NCBI GenBank assembly: GCA_964595645.1
Contig: CAZQQT010000003.1
Coordinates: 1-64,000 of the forward strand
Origin: an uncultured Thermococci archaeon
GTDB lineage: Archaea > Methanobacteriota_B > Thermococci > Methanofastidiosales > B48-G16
Reading direction: 5' to 3'
DNA length: 64,000 bases
The stretch's first letter is position 1. Each line of letters begins with the position of its first letter. Made by a program: the position numbers and the translations under genes. Positions 8,909-19,085 of this stretch are shown here, one piece after another. Below the pieces are notes generated by a model, which saw only the letters and a list, made by a program, of their open reading frames with translations, did no database searches and was not told the origin of the DNA.

Positions 8909-10888
8909 TTAAAAGAGCGGAGCGAAAATAATTGCCACAATAGACATCAACTTAATGAGGATGTTTAGCGACGGTCCTGAAGTATCCTTGAACGGATCTC
9001 CCAGCGTATCACCAACAACTGACGCCTTGTGGGCGTCACTGCCTTTTCCTCCGAAGTTTCCTTCTTCAATGTACTTCTTCGCGTTGTCCATTGCACCTCC
9101 AGCATTTGCCATGAATACAGCGAGCAGGAATCCGGTGACTACCGCACCGCCTAGGAGTCCGCCGAGGGCTTCAGGTCCAAGGAGAAGTCCAACGGCAATG
9201 GGCACTACAACGGCTAACGTTCCCGGAAGTATCATCTCTCGCAGTGCAGCACTTGTGGAGATCTCAATACATCTTTCGTAGTCCGGTTTTGTTTCTCCTT
9301 CCATGATGCCGGTAATCTCTTTGAACTGTCGTCGTACCTCGTTTACCATTTTATACCCTGTTCTTCCCACGGCTCGCATCGTGAATGCCGAGAAGAGGAA
9401 TGGCAGTAATCCACCTATGAAGAGTCCTGCCATTACGTACGGGTCTGTAATCGAGAGTTCTGCTGTTTCTGCGACCTTTGCGGTATATGCGGAGAATAAT
9501 GCCAATGCCGTTAACGCAGCGGATCCTATAGCGAATCCCTTCCCTATTGCAGCTGTAGTGTTCCCTACTGCATCAAGTGCTTCCGTTCGTTCTCTCACTT
9601 CGCTTCCAAGACCTGCCATCTCCGATATTCCCGCAGCATTGTCTGCTACGGGTCCGTAGGTATCCGTGGCGAGGGTGATTCCCAGCGTGGAGAGCATTCC
9701 AACAGCAGCGATTGCAATTCCGTACAGATCTGCGAAATGGTATGCGACAATAATCGCTGCCGAGACAGTAAGTATTGGTATCAGTGTAGAGAGCATTCCA
9801 ACAGCTATCCCTTCTATAATAGTGGTAGCAGCTCCCGTCTTGGCGGCTTCAGAGATGCCTCGTGTCGGCGAGTAATTATGTGAGGTGTAGTACTCTGTGA
9901 CGAGGCCTATTACAATTCCCACAACGAGTCCTGCCAAGGCAGCGTAGAATATCTCCAGAACTCCTGTGAGATAGTAAATCGCTACCCCTGAAAAGATCGC
10001 AGTGAGTAATGAAGATGAGAATATCCCCATGTTTAACGAGGTGTGTAGCTTTTCTTTTTCTCCTCCCCTCACAAAGAACGTTCCAATAATCGCACAGATA
10101 ATTCCTATTCCTGCGATGAGCATTGGGAGGATGACGAGTTCGTCACTCAAATACTTTCCCCCAATAGTCAGTCCTGAGACACCGATGGCCATAGAGACAA
10201 TGATGGAATCCACGTAACTCTCAAACAGATCAGCACCCATTCCTGCAACGTCTCCCACATTATCTCCTACGTTATCCGCAATTACTGCAGGATTTCGCGG
10301 ATCGTCTTCAGGAATACCCGCTTCTACCTTGCCAACGAGATCGGCCCCAACATCGGCACCCTTCGTGTAGATTCCTCCTCCGACTCGTGCAAAAAGTGCG
10401 ATCGATGATGCTCCAAATCCAAATCCATAAACTAAGTCTGGATCTCCAAGTACTATGTACAGCACTGAGACACCGAGAAGACCGAGGCTCACGACGGAGA
10501 GTCCCATCACAGCACCACTGGAGAACGCAATGGTCAGTCCCTTTCCTATTTTTTCCTTTGCAGCCTGAGCAGTTCGTGCATTGGACGCAGTGGCGATTCT
10601 CATCCCTATGTTCCCTGCAAGTGCTGAAAACACTGCACCGACTATGAATGCCCCCGCAATCCTCGGATCTATCGCAATGGCCAGCGCGACACAAACCACG
10701 AGGACAAAGAACACAAGTACCCTGTACTCCTTGTTCAAAAAGGTCATTGCTCCTTTGTGAATCGCATCAGAAATCTCTTTCATCTTTTCAGTACCTTTAT
10801 CATACTTATACACTTTTCTAGTTAGGTATCCAGCAAATAGAAGACCTATAAAACTAATTACTGGTCCTAGTATCAATAAGTTGTCCAT
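8909..10888 (-). CDS. hppA: membrane-bound proton/sodium-translocating pyrophosphatase
   Basis: 659 aa, polytopic. Diagnostic [55 protein letters not shown] and C-terminal [22 protein letters not shown]. Confidence 0.95.
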   Translation of the reverse strand: MDNLLILGPVISFIGLLFAGYLTRKVYKYDKGTEKMKEISDAIHKGAMTFLNKEYRVLVFFVLVVCVALAIAIDPRIAGAFIVGAVFSALAGNIGMRIATASNARTAQAAKEKIGKGLTIAFSSGAVMGLSVVSLGLLGVSVLYIVLGDPDLVYGFGFGASSIALFARVGGGIYTKGADVGADLVGKVEAGIPEDDPRNPAVIADNVGDNVGDVAGMGADLFESYVDSIIVSMAIGVSGLTIGGKYLSDELVILPMLIAGIGIICAIIGTFFVRGGEKEKLHTSLNMGIFSSSLLTAIFSGVAIYYLTGVLEIFYAALAGLVVGIVIGLVTEYYTSHNYSPTRGISEAAKTGAATTIIEGIAVGMLSTLIPILTVSAAIIVAYHFADLYGIAIAAVGMLSTLGITLATDTYGPVADNAAGISEMAGLGSEVRERTEALDAVGNTTAAIGKGFAIGSAALTALALFSAYTAKVAETAELSITDPYVMAGLFIGGLLPFLFSAFTMRAVGRTGYKMVNEVRRQFKEITGIMEGETKPDYERCIEISTSAALREMILPGTLAVVVPIAVGLLLGPEALGGLLGGAVVTGFLLAVFMANAGGAMDNAKKYIEEGNFGGKGSDAHKASVVGDTLGDPFKDTSGPSLNILIKLMSIVAIIFAPLF

Positions 10889-10946
10889 GGTATCATCTCC
10901 TTGTCATTACTTCCTTGGTTATTTTAAAAAAGTTTTCCACACCCTA

Positions 10947-12779
10947 TCACGATTTTTTCTTTATTCGTGATCTTCCTGACGGGAGCACTTGGATAATCTC
11001 ATCAAGGTTGTGGTGATCAATAGCCTCTGAAATCTGTTTTGCGAGGGCTTCCTTCCTTTTTCCCCCTTGTGATATCTCAACGTAATTCTCACAGTGCTTT
11101 TTTACAGCAGAAGGAGGACCACACATCACTTTATCTTTATATTTTCCAATAGCTAGTGATAATGGCATTTTGGTGAGGAAATTTTTCTCACCTTCGATAA
11201 AAAATGCTCCCGTAGGGAGATACTCTCCAGCGGGCGGAGACTTTGTTACCTGTTCTGGGTACACCCAGTACACATCGAGGCCGGCAATCTTCTCCTTCCA
11301 TCCCTTGGAGAAGGAAACTGCGAAGATAGCAGCCTCATCCACTGTATTTTCGGAGGCCTCCTGCCCATCTTTTATAATGACATGGGGAGCACCATGGATA
11401 TCCGCGTGGAGGTAGAGATCCGTTGATTCCATATAATTTTTTACCAGCATTTCATTTGTTTTTGTGTCTTTTCCTCCAAGTATGAGATGGTTGTCGCTGG
11501 AGAAGCACCATCTGAATTTTTCATACCATTCTCTTTTTCTTCTTTTCTTCACTTCTACCTCTTTTTCAAGAATTTCTCCTTCTTTAAGAGATTTTATTTT
11601 CTTTTTTGTATTTTTTAGAGCTTTTTTAGCACCTTCCAGCTTTTCTTTCGCCTTCTTCGATTGTTCATAGTATATTTCTGCGTTTTCCGGTATCGTTTTG
11701 GTGAGATCGATGATGAATGTTTTTTCAAAAGTGAGTGTCAATTTTTTTGGAGTCAGATCGTCGATGTATTTGTTTTCTTTCGCCTTTTCTCGGATCTCCT
11801 CCCAACTATGATTGTTCTCTCGGGCCTTTGCTATTGCGTCCAAAATTGTCTCGATTTCCTGATAATGAAGGTAGATCAGATCCCCAATCCTTTTATTTGT
11901 TGTGATCGCATCTTCGAATCCTTTAATGGCGTTTTTTTGAGATGACGCGATCCTCTCGTATTTTCCTATTTTTTTTTCTAATTTTCTTTTTTCAGAACTT
12001 TTCTCTTTTTTAAGCTCTTTTTTTGCATAAATTTCATCAAAAGCTTCATTTAAACTATCGTAATATTCCCTAGTCTCCCCCTCAACCGTTGATAGTTCAT
12101 ATGGGTAGATCGTTCCATTCACCACAGTGACCTTTTTTTCAAGTGACTCGAGTTTTTGTATTCCTTCCCTCAATGTTTTCCTGTCAACCTCCTTTGCGGG
12201 AGTGTGTTTATCGATATCTGCAAGCCGGCACAGTTCTTCGGCGTAGATGCTGCCGAGGTTATAGTCTGACGCCAAAACTCTCACGATCTCTCTGTCCGTC
12301 TCCTCCAGCTCGAATCCTGTGAAAATGTCGTTACTCTCCGGAAACTCGTAATGATCCCCCACGTATATCTCCCGTTTGTGGTGTTTCTTCCACGATGTAA
12401 GAATTTCATATTCCGGATCTGTCAAAATGAGGTTTCCCTCTCCAAAAAGTTCTGCGATAAGATGGTATATTGTGTCGTCGAGACCGATATCCACTTCCAC
12501 AATTCGGTCGAAGTTTATCTGTCTGAGATCAAGTATTTTTAAGTTTTGTAGCTTCTTTCTCAGGTACATTGCCAGACCAGAGGGATTTCTTGGGCCCGGC
12601 TTCGGATATCGTGTTAGATGGATACGTTCTCCCGCTTTAATGATCAGGTCTTTTCTTCCACCTCCGTGTAATTTAAATCTAAATTCTGAGTTTCTCTGAT
12701 ATACCTTCTGTATTCTCATATTTATTATGGAGGCGTCCTTCATTTCTTGGACAATAACCTTAATATCAAAGGAATACAT
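10947..12779 (-). CDS. NFACT-family protein (archaeal RqcH/NEMF/FbpA homolog, ribosome quality control)
   Basis: 610 aa. NFACT-N-like N-terminus, central coiled coils, NFACT-R/DUF814 segment (WYEKFRWCFSSDNHLILGGKDTKTNEMLVKNYMESTDLYLHADIHGAPHVIIK). Confidence 0.8.
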   Translation of the reverse strand: MYSFDIKVIVQEMKDASIINMRIQKVYQRNSEFRFKLHGGGRKDLIIKAGERIHLTRYPKPGPRNPSGLAMYLRKKLQNLKILDLRQINFDRIVEVDIGLDDTIYHLIAELFGEGNLILTDPEYEILTSWKKHHKREIYVGDHYEFPESNDIFTGFELEETDREIVRVLASDYNLGSIYAEELCRLADIDKHTPAKEVDRKTLREGIQKLESLEKKVTVVNGTIYPYELSTVEGETREYYDSLNEAFDEIYAKKELKKEKSSEKRKLEKKIGKYERIASSQKNAIKGFEDAITTNKRIGDLIYLHYQEIETILDAIAKARENNHSWEEIREKAKENKYIDDLTPKKLTLTFEKTFIIDLTKTIPENAEIYYEQSKKAKEKLEGAKKALKNTKKKIKSLKEGEILEKEVEVKKRRKREWYEKFRWCFSSDNHLILGGKDTKTNEMLVKNYMESTDLYLHADIHGAPHVIIKDGQEASENTVDEAAIFAVSFSKGWKEKIAGLDVYWVYPEQVTKSPPAGEYLPTGAFFIEGEKNFLTKMPLSLAIGKYKDKVMCGPPSAVKKHCENYVEISQGGKRKEALAKQISEAIDHHNLDEIIQVLPSGRSRIKKKS

Positions 12780-12838
12780 ACAGATTCTACATACAAAACC
12801 TTTTTAAAGATTGTCATGAAGAATGATTCGGTGAGATA

Positions 12839-13105
12839 ATGAATGACAAAAACAAATCCTCATTAATTTTCTGCGCAACAGGGATACTCACAGGTATTAT
12901 TTCAGGCGTTGTGTTAAAAGGGATGTCGAGTTATCTGATTCTCGTAGTAGCGGTAGGAATTTTCTACGCTACTTCATATCTCGTCCCTCTTGTCGGTGTG
13001 AATGTCGAAAGACTTGGAGGAAAAACTAGTGTAATCAAAGGAGGAGTATTTTCGTTCCTTATGTGGTGGCTTTTCTGCTGGTTTTTAACTTACAACATTG
13101 CTTAA
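12839..13105 (+). CDS. small membrane protein
   Basis: 88 aa, 3 hydrophobic helices. Confidence 0.35.
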   Translation: MNDKNKSSLIFCATGILTGIISGVVLKGMSSYLILVVAVGIFYATSYLVPLVGVNVERLGGKTSVIKGGVFSFLMWWLFCWFLTYNIA

Positions 13106-13177
13106 CAATAATAATAACTAATGTTATAGAAAACTTTTTATAGTAGTTTCTATAGTATTGGTATAAAGAGGATTCCT

Positions 13178-14053
13178 ATGGCAGAAGAAAAGAAAGAAAA
13201 TTATTGGAAAAAGATCGCGAAAAAACAGAGAGAAGAGATAGAGAAACTGAAAGGGAAGTCGTCGAAGGGCAACGATATATGGCCAATTATATCCATTATA
13301 CTTTCGATATTCCTTGTCGCCTCACTCTTTGGAGCAGCATATCTTGCCATGCGTTACTCTGATGTCAATTCCAATTACCAATCATTGAAAACAAGCTTCG
13401 AAAGTCTTGAAGACCAGAAGGATTCTCTTCTTCTGGAACGAAAGACGCTTACGGATCAAATATCTACGCTCAATAGTCAAATAGAAGGACTTCAGACAGA
13501 AAAGACACAGCTTTCTTCTCAGGTAACAGATCTTCAAACAGAGGTCAGTACGCTGGAAGAGGAGAAGAAGGAGAAAGAAGACGAACTGACACAAAAGAAC
13601 GCTGAGATAGACGATCTCGAAGCGGAGGTCGCCTCGCTCAATAACTCAGTAGAGAAGTATAAAACGTGGATAGATCAGTACAAAAGTACAATCGATGAAC
13701 TGAACGCACAGCTTGGACAGACAAGTGAAGAGGTAAAAGATCTGGAGGATGTAATCGCCCAGTGTATCGGCTGCGGTATCAGCTGTGTGGATATCGAAGC
13801 TAGTGGCGATCCAACGTACAATGCCAGTACAAACGCCACGACGCAGTACTACAACCTGTTCATCTACTTTGATACAGACTGCACTACGTGTGGTTCGAGC
13901 AGCACCTGCACTAGTTCTTCATGTGGTCCCTGCTACGACCCCTGCTGTTCTACCTACTGTTGCCCCCACATGCGGGTGAGGCTGAGAGTTGTCTACGATC
14001 TGGACACAGACACCTTCTCCACGACCGTTCTAAGCTGGTACTGGTGCAATTAA
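13178..14053 (+). CDS. membrane-anchored coiled-coil protein with Cys-rich C-terminal domain
   Basis: 291 aa. TM at IWPIISIILSIFLVASLFGAAYLAM, then ~120-aa heptad coiled coil (LQTEKTQLSSQVTDLQTEV...). C-terminal 90 aa hold 16 Cys (CIGCGISC ... CTTCGSSSTCTSSSCGPCYDPCCSTYCCPH). Confidence 0.6.
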   Translation: MAEEKKENYWKKIAKKQREEIEKLKGKSSKGNDIWPIISIILSIFLVASLFGAAYLAMRYSDVNSNYQSLKTSFESLEDQKDSLLLERKTLTDQISTLNSQIEGLQTEKTQLSSQVTDLQTEVSTLEEEKKEKEDELTQKNAEIDDLEAEVASLNNSVEKYKTWIDQYKSTIDELNAQLGQTSEEVKDLEDVIAQCIGCGISCVDIEASGDPTYNASTNATTQYYNLFIYFDTDCTTCGSSSTCTSSSCGPCYDPCCSTYCCPHMRVRLRVVYDLDTDTFSTTVLSWYWCN

Positions 14054-14081
14054 TTCTTTTTTTCTTTTTTTAGGTGGGGTT

Positions 14082-15848
14082 ATGAGGATTGCTGTTATCA
14101 ATTTTGACAAGTGTAAACCAGAAAAATGCGATTATATGTGTATAAAGTACTGTCCTCGAGTTAGAATGGGCGATGAAACAATTACTGTCAATGAAGAAAC
14201 GAAAAAACCGGTAATATCTGAGGAGCTCTGTGTGGGATGCGGTATCTGCGTACACAAATGTCCCTTTGACGCAATCCATATTGAAAACCTTCCCGAGGAA
14301 TTGGAAGAGCCTGTTCACCAGTACGGCAAGAACGCTTTCAGACTCTACAGGCTCCCAATCCCAAAGGAACACCAGGTACTTGGAATTATAGGGAGCAACG
14401 GCATCGGAAAAACTACAGCGCTGCAGATTCTCTCCTCAAAAATTGTGCCGAACTTCGGCGACTGGAATACCACAACTCTCGACGAAGAGAAGGTACGTGA
14501 GTACTTCAGAGGGAGTGAGTTACAGGCATACTTTGAGAAACTGGAAAGTGGAATCAACGCTGTAGTGAAACCTCAGTATATCGATAAGACCCCAAAAATG
14601 GTATCAGGTACTGCAGAGGAGATATTAGAACGGACAGACGAGAGGGGAGTCTCCGAAGTACTCATAAAAAAACTTGATATGGAAAGCTGCCTGAACAGGG
14701 AGATAGAGAAGCTTTCAGGGGGTGAACTTCAGCGGCTTGCTATCATTGCTGCCATTTCACGGGAGGGAGAGGTGTACTACTTCGACGAACCTTCGTCATA
14801 TCTGGATATATATCAGCGGCTTAATGTAGCGAGGAGTATTCGTGATCTCGCTGAGGAGAAAACCGTGATTGTTGTGGAGCACGATCTGGCGGTACTTGAT
14901 TATCTAAGTGATTATGTACATATTTTCTATGGGAAACCCGGTGTCTATGGCGTTGTTTCCTCGCCGATGAGTGTACGGGTGGGGATCAACGCCTATCTCA
15001 GGGGCTATCTTAAAGATGAAAATGTACGGTTTAGATCGCAAGGCATCGATTTCGACCTCCGAGGAGAAAGTAGAACACCCATAGGAAAAGAAATTTTAAC
15101 GTATCCTGAACTCGTAAAGGCGTTTGAGGGGTTTTCACTGAAGGTGGACAGCGGTGCGCTGCACAAAAAGGAAATCATTGGAATCATTGGTCCAAACGCC
15201 ACAGGAAAATCTACATTTATAAAAATGCTTGCCGGTGTAGAAAAACCCGACAACACTGACATGGATACGACACTGACTGTCTCTTATAAACCCCAGTATA
15301 TCAAGAGAGATTTTGACGGCACGGTGAGACAGCTTCTCCGATCCGTCTCAGGGACGGACTCTGGCTACTTTCAACATGAGATCATGGAGCCTCTGAGTCT
15401 TGAAGAGGTGCTGGACAGTCATATTGAGGAGATATCTGGCGGTGAACTGCAGAGGGTAGCGATAGCAGTGTGTCTTGCACAGGAGGCTGACATCTATCTC
15501 CTGGACGAGCCATCTGCGTACCTCGATATAGAACAACGACTGTCGATGACGAATATCGTGCGAAAAAGGATAGAAAATGCTGAAAAATGTGCGATGGTGG
15601 TGGAACATGATATTGTCAGCGTGGACTATATCTCTGATAGAACAATCGTGTTCGCTGGTGAACCCGGGACCGACGGTCACGCCTCCCCACCCCTCGCGAT
15701 GAGAGAGGGAATGAACAGATTTCTGAAGGATGTGGGTATTACCTTCCGACGAGATCCCGATACCAAACGACCTAGAGCAAATAAGCAGGAATCACGACTG
15801 GACAGGAAACAAAAAAATACAGGAGAGTTCTATTACATTAGTGAGTAA
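14082..15848 (+). CDS. abce1: ABCE1 / RNase L inhibitor-type ribosome recycling ATPase
   Basis: 588 aa. N-terminal two 4Fe-4S cluster domain (CKPEKCDYMCIKYCP ... CVGCGICVHKCP) followed by two ABC ATPase domains (GIIGSNGIGKTT, LSGGELQR twice, GIIGPNATGKST). Confidence 0.95.
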   Translation: MRIAVINFDKCKPEKCDYMCIKYCPRVRMGDETITVNEETKKPVISEELCVGCGICVHKCPFDAIHIENLPEELEEPVHQYGKNAFRLYRLPIPKEHQVLGIIGSNGIGKTTALQILSSKIVPNFGDWNTTTLDEEKVREYFRGSELQAYFEKLESGINAVVKPQYIDKTPKMVSGTAEEILERTDERGVSEVLIKKLDMESCLNREIEKLSGGELQRLAIIAAISREGEVYYFDEPSSYLDIYQRLNVARSIRDLAEEKTVIVVEHDLAVLDYLSDYVHIFYGKPGVYGVVSSPMSVRVGINAYLRGYLKDENVRFRSQGIDFDLRGESRTPIGKEILTYPELVKAFEGFSLKVDSGALHKKEIIGIIGPNATGKSTFIKMLAGVEKPDNTDMDTTLTVSYKPQYIKRDFDGTVRQLLRSVSGTDSGYFQHEIMEPLSLEEVLDSHIEEISGGELQRVAIAVCLAQEADIYLLDEPSAYLDIEQRLSMTNIVRKRIENAEKCAMVVEHDIVSVDYISDRTIVFAGEPGTDGHASPPLAMREGMNRFLKDVGITFRRDPDTKRPRANKQESRLDRKQKNTGEFYYISE

Positions 15849-15890
15849 CCGTACCGGAACATTTTAAAAGAAAAGCATCTGAGAGTATCT

Positions 15891-16514
15891 ATGAAGTTCT
15901 TTAAAAAGAACGTACTCATGAGCATCATCCGAAGAAACAGAAATTTTGTCCTGGTAGGTGTTATTCTTTTTATTCTCGGTTCTATTGTGGGATACGTCAC
16001 ATATCTCCAGGATCCCGCTATAGGAGAGCCCGATGAGTCTCCGCTTCTTCATGCACTGGAAGAAAAGTTTTCCCTTTTTGAAAATTTGAATGTTCCCGGA
16101 AAAATTCTTTTTGTCTTCCTTAACAATCTTCTCGTATCGTTTCTTTCCATCTTTTTAGGTGCTGTTCTCGGCTTATTCCCCATATTTGCTGCTTTAGTAA
16201 ACGGATTTATGGTGGGCATTGTTGCAGGAACCACGATAGAGAGTGAGGGTGCTGGCTATCTCATCGCCGGGATTGCGCCTCATGGAATTGTGGAACTTCC
16301 CGCGATTTTCCTTTCAATAGGGCTCGGATTAAAGTTTGGATATCTGATTATCGGGACGATTGTGTCAATATTCAAGGGAGGGTCTACAGAAGACGCAAAA
16401 TTCAAAGCGTTCTTTCTTGAGGTGAAAAGAATACTCCCGTTTATTGCGGCGTTACTCTTGATAGCCGCCTTTATTGAGGTTTTAATCACAGGAACGATTG
16501 TCGGAGGAGGATAA
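15891..16514 (+). CDS. SpoIIM/DUF95-family membrane protein
   Basis: 207 aa, polytopic, with PHGIVELPAIF motif typical of stage II sporulation protein M-like (DUF95) proteins. Its C-terminal GGG codons (ggaggagga) form the SD of the next gene. Confidence 0.55.
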   Translation: MKFFKKNVLMSIIRRNRNFVLVGVILFILGSIVGYVTYLQDPAIGEPDESPLLHALEEKFSLFENLNVPGKILFVFLNNLLVSFLSIFLGAVLGLFPIFAALVNGFMVGIVAGTTIESEGAGYLIAGIAPHGIVELPAIFLSIGLGLKFGYLIIGTIVSIFKGGSTEDAKFKAFFLEVKRILPFIAALLLIAAFIEVLITGTIVGGG

Positions 16515-16515
16515 A

Positions 16516-16680
16516 ATGAAGAAAGAGCTGATAGATATTCTGGCGTGCCCTGTTTGCAAGGGAGACGTCCATCTCGATGAGAAGGAAAATAAAATTGTGT
16601 GCAACGAGTGTGGACGAAAATATCGGATTGAGGAGGGAATACCGATCATGCTGGAAGAGGAAGCAGAACTGGAGGAATAA
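16516..16680 (+). CDS. Trm112-like small zinc-finger protein
   Basis: 54 aa from ATG 16516 (the listed ORF uses an upstream TTG). LACPVCKG ... CNECGRKYRIEEGIPIML matches the Trm112p/UPF0434 pattern. Confidence 0.7.
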   Translation: MKKELIDILACPVCKGDVHLDEKENKIVCNECGRKYRIEEGIPIMLEEEAELEE

Positions 16681-16718
16681 CTACCTCTCCTGAACTAGCG
16701 TACAACCCATTCCTCTAC

Positions 16719-18203
16719 TCAATGTCTGGTCTTCCCTTCTTCAAAAACAATCTCCCCGTTAAAAATCGTAGTGTCTATACGTACGTTCTGTATGTTCTCA
16801 GATGCAATATTTCCTGAGAGAATAACGAGATCTGCAAGTTTCCCCTGTTCGATCGTTCCAAGATCGTGCTCTCTGTATGCGAGGTACGCACTTCCTTCAG
16901 TGTAGTACTGTATTGCATCTTCCACGGATATTCCTTCTCCGTAGGGATCGTTCACTGCCCACTGTATGCCGAAGAGCGGTGAGAATGGCATACAGTCTGA
17001 TCCAAACCCCATTGCAATTCCTTTTTCTTTCATCGCTTTTATTCGGTTGTTCAGTCGGGCTTTCTCCCCGAGTCTTTTAATGTACATGTTTTCGGACCAT
17101 TTGAGGAAATTTGGTTGTATGGAGCAGGGAATATTCAATGTTTTGATTCTTTCACGGATTTTTTCCGTAGTGATTTCGACGTGTTCTATTTTGTGTCTCA
17201 TCGTTCCTGCTACACGTTCCACAGCATCGAGTACGTGCATAATCGCTCTATCGCCGATACAGTGGATCATCGCCTGGAGTTCGTGCTCCTCGGCTTTCTG
17301 TACCAATGCTGTGAGTTCTTCGGACGTGTAGAGAAGATCTCCATTTTTCTCAGAATCTTTGTAGCGAAATGAGAGCGCAGCTGTTTTCGCTCCCAAGGAT
17401 CCATCGGTAAATATTTTAATCCCATTAAACCGTAGTTTTTCCGATCCTATCCGTGAAAGGCCTGTACGTACTACATCATCGATATACTTTGCCTTCATGT
17501 AGAGATGGGCACGTACTCCAAGGGTTCCTGCGTTTTCCACTCGCTGGTACGTCCTGAAGACATGAGGATTCACCGTGTCTACAACACTTGTCACACCGAG
17601 TGAGTACGCCTGTTCTGTGGCATGTTCTATCCCCGTCGCGTAGTCGGCAACTGTTTTCGGAAAAATTTTCGAGATTGCAGAGAGGGTATCCTCTCTGAAC
17701 CTTCCTGTCTCAAGGTTGTAGAATGCTGGATCGAGCTCGTCTACATCGATCTTTTCTATTGCTGCAGAGTTCAGTACGGCCAGATGTCCACAGACTCTGT
17801 ACGCGATCACGGGGAAGTCAAATACGTCCAGATCTTTTCGGTGGATGTATCGATCTTCCCCCAATGACGTTTCATCCCAGCCGTGAACAGCATTGAGTCC
17901 TTTCTCGTCTATTAGCCCAAGTATCTCGTCGATACTTTCACACTCCGAGACATCCGCCTCCATCCTCGTCCCCATGGCCGCAAAATGTGTATGCGCATCG
18001 AAAAATCCTGGAATAACCGTTTTTTCCTCCGCATCTATCACTACTGTATCATTTTCGATGAGTTTTTCCACGTTCCCCACTTTTTTTATCCTGCCGTTCT
18101 CTACGTACAGTGCTGTCTCACTCGTACCAAATATATCTCCATTGATAATCGCGAGCGACATAGTACTATAGTATGGCGAGATCGTTATATAGGTAACTCC
18201 CAA
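16719..18203 (-). CDS. amidohydrolase-3 family metal-dependent hydrolase
   Basis: 494 aa. PGFFDAHTHF metal-ligand motif, C-terminal GSDCMPFSP and D...GKLADLVIL features. Confidence 0.8.
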   Translation of the reverse strand: MGVTYITISPYYSTMSLAIINGDIFGTSETALYVENGRIKKVGNVEKLIENDTVVIDAEEKTVIPGFFDAHTHFAAMGTRMEADVSECESIDEILGLIDEKGLNAVHGWDETSLGEDRYIHRKDLDVFDFPVIAYRVCGHLAVLNSAAIEKIDVDELDPAFYNLETGRFREDTLSAISKIFPKTVADYATGIEHATEQAYSLGVTSVVDTVNPHVFRTYQRVENAGTLGVRAHLYMKAKYIDDVVRTGLSRIGSEKLRFNGIKIFTDGSLGAKTAALSFRYKDSEKNGDLLYTSEELTALVQKAEEHELQAMIHCIGDRAIMHVLDAVERVAGTMRHKIEHVEITTEKIRERIKTLNIPCSIQPNFLKWSENMYIKRLGEKARLNNRIKAMKEKGIAMGFGSDCMPFSPLFGIQWAVNDPYGEGISVEDAIQYYTEGSAYLAYREHDLGTIEQGKLADLVILSGNIASENIQNVRIDTTIFNGEIVFEEGKTRH

Positions 18204-18248
18204 AAATGAGTACTCAGACCTACTTTTATAAATGTTCTATCCAATTCT

Positions 18249-19085
18249 GTGTACATGATACGGTTTCAGAATGTTTCATTCCGGTATTCAAAAAGCGAGG
18301 ATTACGCGCTTCAGGACCTCACCTTCACCGTAGAAGAGGGAGAATTTCTCGGCATTTCGGGCCCCTCTGGTTCCGGCAAATCTACGCTGTGCTTGATGAT
18401 GGAGGGGATCATTCCCAAAACGATTCAGGGAGAGTTGTCTGGGGAGATATATATCGATGGAGAGAATATCGAAGAGAAAGAAGTTCATGAACTTTCAGAA
18501 AAAGTAGGGCTGATTCTCCAAAATCCGGAATCACAGCTCTTTTCCATGACCGTCGAGGAGGAGCTGGCCTTCGGCCCTGAAAATCTCGGTATCTCGCGGG
18601 AGGAGATAGGTACGAGAATTTCATGGGCGCTGGAGCTGGTGGGAATGGAACAGTTTCGGGGGGCATTTCCGCACAAGCTCTCCGGCGGTGAGAAGCAGAA
18701 GGTCGCCATTGCCTCTCTCCTCACCATGAAACCGGAGATATTGGTACTTGATGAGCCCACGAGTAATTTAGATCCTCGGAGCAGAGTGGAGATATTCAAG
18801 ATTATCCAAAAACTGAACAGAGAGGGAATGACTGTCGTCGTGGTAGAACACGAAACGAACTATATCAGCGCTGCAGATAGGATCATGATTCTTCACGAAG
18901 GGCAGATTGCGAATTACGGTACGCCAAAGGAAGTATTTAGGGAGTCAGAGGCACTAAAAGAGATGGGTGTGAGAGTCCCTGGACTTGTGGAGTTTTCCAA
19001 CCGTCTTATCCAGGATGGATACACCGATGATATTTTTCTCTCGGTCACAGAGGCATTGGAGGCATTGAATGTTGAACGTAGTTGA
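18249..19085 (+). CDS. ecfA1: ECF transporter ATPase subunit A1
   Basis: 278 aa. Walker A GPSGSGKST, signature LSGGEKQKVAIA, Walker B ILVLDEPTSNLD. First of a tandem ATPase pair followed by a T component. Confidence 0.85.
   Translation: MYMIRFQNVSFRYSKSEDYALQDLTFTVEEGEFLGISGPSGSGKSTLCLMMEGIIPKTIQGELSGEIYIDGENIEEKEVHELSEKVGLILQNPESQLFSMTVEEELAFGPENLGISREEIGTRISWALELVGMEQFRGAFPHKLSGGEKQKVAIASLLTMKPEILVLDEPTSNLDPRSRVEIFKIIQKLNREGMTVVVVEHETNYISAADRIMILHEGQIANYGTPKEVFRESEALKEMGVRVPGLVEFSNRLIQDGYTDDIFLSVTEALEALNVERS

Noticed and set aside
9303-9875. several 69-118-aa plus-strand ORFs inside the H+-PPase gene
   Set aside because: Antisense to a confidently identified gene. Ala/Pro/Ser-rich translations are typical of the opposite strand of a Gly/Ala/Val-rich membrane protein.
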